A DNA stretch of 64,000 nt, taken from assembly GCA_963789955.1 (NCBI GenBank), contig CAWBMV010000034.1, positions 320,001 to 384,000 of the forward strand, given 5' to 3'. The notes beneath the pieces were generated by a model that ran no database searches, was not told where the DNA came from, and saw only the letters and a list, made by a program, of their open reading frames with translations. The translations under genes were made by a program, and so were the position numbers. This document shows positions 60,838 through 64,000 of this stretch, piece after piece. This stretch comes from an uncultured Candidatus Rokubacteria bacterium (GTDB lineage: Bacteria > Methylomirabilota > Methylomirabilia > Rokubacteriales > CSP1-6). Every line of letters begins with the position of its first letter. Positions within the stretch are counted from its first letter, which is position 1.

Positions 60838-61920
60838 TCACGACGCGAGGGAGGCGATCGCCGCGCGGATTTCGGTGGTGGGCACGTCGTAGACGATGCG
60901 GAATGCGCCGATCTGGGGCGCCAGCACGAACGGGACCCGTCCGTCCTTCGCCTTCTTGTCGCGCGCCATCGCCGACACGACGGGCTCGACCTCGATCGCC
61001 GGGGCCCGGACCGGAAGCCCGAGCGTCTCCAGCATGCGCTGCTGTCGCATGGTCGTCTCGTCGTCGGCGATGCCGAGCCGTCGGGCGAGTCGCGCCTCGG
61101 CGACCATCCCCAGGGCGACCGCTTCACCGTGGGCGTAGCGCGCATATCCGGTCGAGGCTTCCAGCGCGTGCCCGATCGTGTGGCCGTAGTTCAATACGTG
61201 GCGAAGCTCGGCCTCGCGCTCGTCGCGCTCGATGACCGACGCCTTGAGTCGGCAGGAGCCCGCGATGATTCGCTCGAGCACGCCGAGATCGCGTGCCGCC
61301 AGCGGGGCCAGGTCGCGCTCGAGCTCGGCGAAGTAGTCGGCGTCCAGGACGATCCCGTGCTTGACGATCTCCGCGAGCCCTGAGCGAAACTCGCGCTCCG
61401 GCAACGTACGCGCGACAGCGGGATCGACCACGACGAGCCGGGGTTGATGGAAGGCCCCGATCATGTTTTTGCCGAGTGGATGGTCGATCGCCGTCTTGCC
61501 TCCGATGGAGGCATCGACCTGGGCCAGCACCGTCGTCGGGAGCTGCACGAAGTTGATCCCGCGCATGTAGGTCGCGGCGGCGAAGCCGGCCACGTCCCCC
61601 ACCGCGCCGCCACCGAGCGCCAGCACCGTCGAGGTCCGGTCGAGGCCTGCCGTCAGAAGCTCATCCCAGCAGTGCCGCGCGACGTCGAGGGTCTTCGCGG
61701 ATTCGCCTTCCGGGACGTCGATCGGGGTGACGTTGAAGCCGGCCGCCTCGAGGCTCGCGACGACGGTCTTACCGTACAGGCGCATGATGGCGGCGTCACT
61801 CACCAGCGCGGCGCGCGAGCCGAGGCGCAGCTCACGCAGGCGCTCGCCGACGCTCTGGAGCGCGCCAGAGGCGACGACGATGCGATACGACCGGCTTCCG
61901 AGATTGACTTCGACGATCAT
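60838..61920 (-). CDS. aroB: 3-dehydroquinate synthase
   Basis: GESAK, ALGGGAVGD, PTTVLAQVDASIGGK, LNYGHTIGHALE, HGEAV. Confidence 0.97.
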   Translation of the reverse strand: MIVEVNLGSRSYRIVVASGALQSVGERLRELRLGSRAALVSDAAIMRLYGKTVVASLEAAGFNVTPIDVPEGESAKTLDVARHCWDELLTAGLDRTSTVLALGGGAVGDVAGFAAATYMRGINFVQLPTTVLAQVDASIGGKTAIDHPLGKNMIGAFHQPRLVVVDPAVARTLPEREFRSGLAEIVKHGIVLDADYFAELERDLAPLAARDLGVLERIIAGSCRLKASVIERDEREAELRHVLNYGHTIGHALEASTGYARYAHGEAVALGMVAEARLARRLGIADDETTMRQQRMLETLGLPVRAPAIEVEPVVSAMARDKKAKDGRVPFVLAPQIGAFRIVYDVPTTEIRAAIASLAS

Positions 61921-62023
61921 CTGGATTTCCCGGCGTCTCGCCCCGAACGGGCGAAGAGCCGCCCAATCAGGCTACCAGGTTTTCAGGGTGGCGAGATAGG
62001 CCGTCGTCGTGCGGCCGCGAAGG

Positions 62024-62052
62024 CCTCACCGTGGGGTTCGCCCACGGTGAGG
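62024..62052. terminator. Perfect 12-bp hairpin downstream of pilQ
   Basis: cctcaccgtggg-gttcg-cccacggtgagg; no clear U-tract. Confidence 0.45.
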
Positions 62053-62077
62053 GAACCGAAACATCCCGCTCATGCGG

Positions 62078-64000
62078 CTACTTCTTCGGGCTCGGGGGCG
62101 TCGCTTGCGCCGTATCGACTTTCAGGACCGAGGGCGTGATGAACACGACGAGCTCGCGGCCCGTGGTCTGCGAGGCCGTCTGCTTGAACAGCCAGCCCAG
62201 GACTGGAATGTCGCCGAACAGCGGGATCTTCCGCGTCTCGTCCTGGTCGAGGTTCGTCGTCACGCCGCCGATGACGAGGCGTTCGCCTTCCTTGATGAGG
62301 ACCTCGGTCTGCGCCTTGCGCTTGTTGATGACCGGAGGGGCACCGGCGGTGGTCCCGAGGTTCACGGTCGTGTTGCTTCGCGAGTTGTTCTCGATCGTGA
62401 CCTTCATCTTGATCTTGGTGATGTCGCCTTCACGAATGACGGTCGGCACCACGTCGAGTCTGAGCACCGCTTCCTTGAACTGGATCTGCGTACCGGCGGA
62501 GCTGACGGTCGCGTACGGAATTTCCTCACCGAGCGAGATCGAGGCGGTCCCGTTCTCGACGGTCACGACTTCGGGGCGCGCGAGCGTCCGCGTCTTGCTG
62601 AGCAGCCGCAGCGCCTCGAGCGCGAGGTTGATGTTGTACCGGCTGCTGGTGAAGCCGAACGCGATACCACCCGCGCCGGCGGGCACCACGCCGCCACCGA
62701 GCACGGCGGCGATGGGGAGATTGACGAGGTTGCCGCCCAGCGGAAGGCCCGTCGTGCCGCTGACCGGAAGCGTGTTGGGGAAGCCCACCAGGGACGTTCG
62801 GGGGACCGAACACACCCGACATGGGAACGCCGCCCTGCACCCCGAGATTGTTACTGGTGTCGCTGGTGAACCCGCGCCCGACCAGAATCGAGTTCTGGTT
62901 GGCCTGGACGGCGCCGCCGCCGCCCCACTGGACGCCGATCGCGAAGAGGTCATCGCGATCGAGAATCTCCATCCGCGCCTCGATCTTCACCTGCGGGAGC
63001 GGGATGTCGAGCTTCTCGCGGATCAGCGTCTTGATGCGCTCGAGGTCCGCCTCGTAGTGGCGGATGAAGATGGAGTTCGTCGGCTTGTACGGCCGAATCG
63101 TGATGCCTTTCGCCAGGACCTCGGCGGTCGGCGAGGGAGGAGGCGGCTGCGGGATCTGGGGCGCGGTGCCGTAGAGTGCCGAGAACGGTGGCGCGGCGAT
63201 CGGCGGCATCCCCTCGCCGGTCGGCGCGATCTGAGCCTGAATACCGGTCGGGGGAATTCCCAGGATTCCCTGAAGGGTCCTGGCGACCTCGTCGGGATCG
63301 GCGTACGAGAGGCGGATGGTCTCTTCGCGGAGGGGCCCGCGAGCTCTCAGCTCGGCCATCGCCGCGTCGGCGAGGCGCCGCTTGTCGATCGCCTCCTGCT
63401 CCTTGAGCTGCGCCTCCGCGATCTTCGTGCGCACGTCGCTTTCCGCCTTCATGCGCGCTTCTTCGACTCGAGCGGCGGACTCGCGCTCCTTGATCAACTG
63501 CTCGTTGGAGACGATGCGCATCACCCCGTCCTTCTCGATCTTGCGAAGGCCACGCGTCTCGAGGACGGTGTCGAGGGCGAGGTCCCAGGGAACGTTCTTC
63601 AGGGTGATCGACATCTTGCCCTTGACGTCGTCGCCGATGACGACGTTCTTGTTGCTCTCGGCGGCCAGGATGCGGAGCAGGTTCACGACGTCCGCGTCCT
63701 TGAAGTCGAACGAGATCAGCCGCTGCCCGTTGGTCGGAGCCGGCGCGGGCGCCGCCGGCGCGGCCGGTGCGGCCTGGGCCAACTGGACGGGTGGCGGGGC
63801 GATCGCCGGCGACGCATCCTGCGGCACCGGCACCGCCGGCATCGCGGGGCCGTTCCCGACCGCCGCCGTCGCGGGCGGCGCGGCAGTCGGAATGACGATC
63901 GCGAGACCGTCGGACTCTTCGCGGATCGCGTAGCCAACGGAGCGGCTCAGGTCCAGTACGACCCGGGCGACGCCCTGACGGTACTGACTGCCGCGGACCT
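62078..64000 (-). CDS. pilQ: Type IV pilus secretin PilQ (5' end outside window; frameshifts near 62800 and 63930)
   Basis: ISFDFKDADV, LKNVPWDLALD, PQVKIEAR, GEEIPY, KIPLFGDIPVLGWLFK, ELVVFITP; upstream of aroB. Confidence 0.9.

Overview
High-GC bacterial chromosome segment. Gene style and intergenic GGGGGCGGAGCCCCC-type repeats suggest Candidatus Rokubacteria/Methylomirabilota, but that is an inference. 1-10.7 kb: S10(end)/spc/alpha ribosomal protein operons (rpmC to rplQ) with a markedly divergent rpoA. 10.7-19.5 kb (minus strand): a MurU-AmgK-like fusion, dienelactone hydrolase, two CNNM/CBS proteins, thiL, trpG, trpE, trxA. 19.6-33 kb: accessory block with a sigma54 activator, a FIST-like gene, a coupled TPR/TPR/DUF4124/YjgN/M48 operon and, divergently, a stand-alone protease prodomain-like lipoprotein plus a subtilase with seven ~110-aa repeats. 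33-37.7 kb: interleaved gene fragments, probably an assembly mosaic, including a eukaryote-type UDP-galactopyranose mutase homolog. 37.7-50.8 kb: surface glycosylation genes (several GT-C enzymes) mixed with TAXI, peroxiredoxin-like/histidine kinase, MOSC and MaoC genes. 50.7-64 kb: livKHMGF, thiE, accC, TPR peptidase, accB, efp, aroB, pilQ. Three good sigma54 promoters are visible. Many single-base frameshifts in essential genes indicate an indel-prone long-read consensus. No rRNA, tRNA, CRISPR array or transposase was seen.
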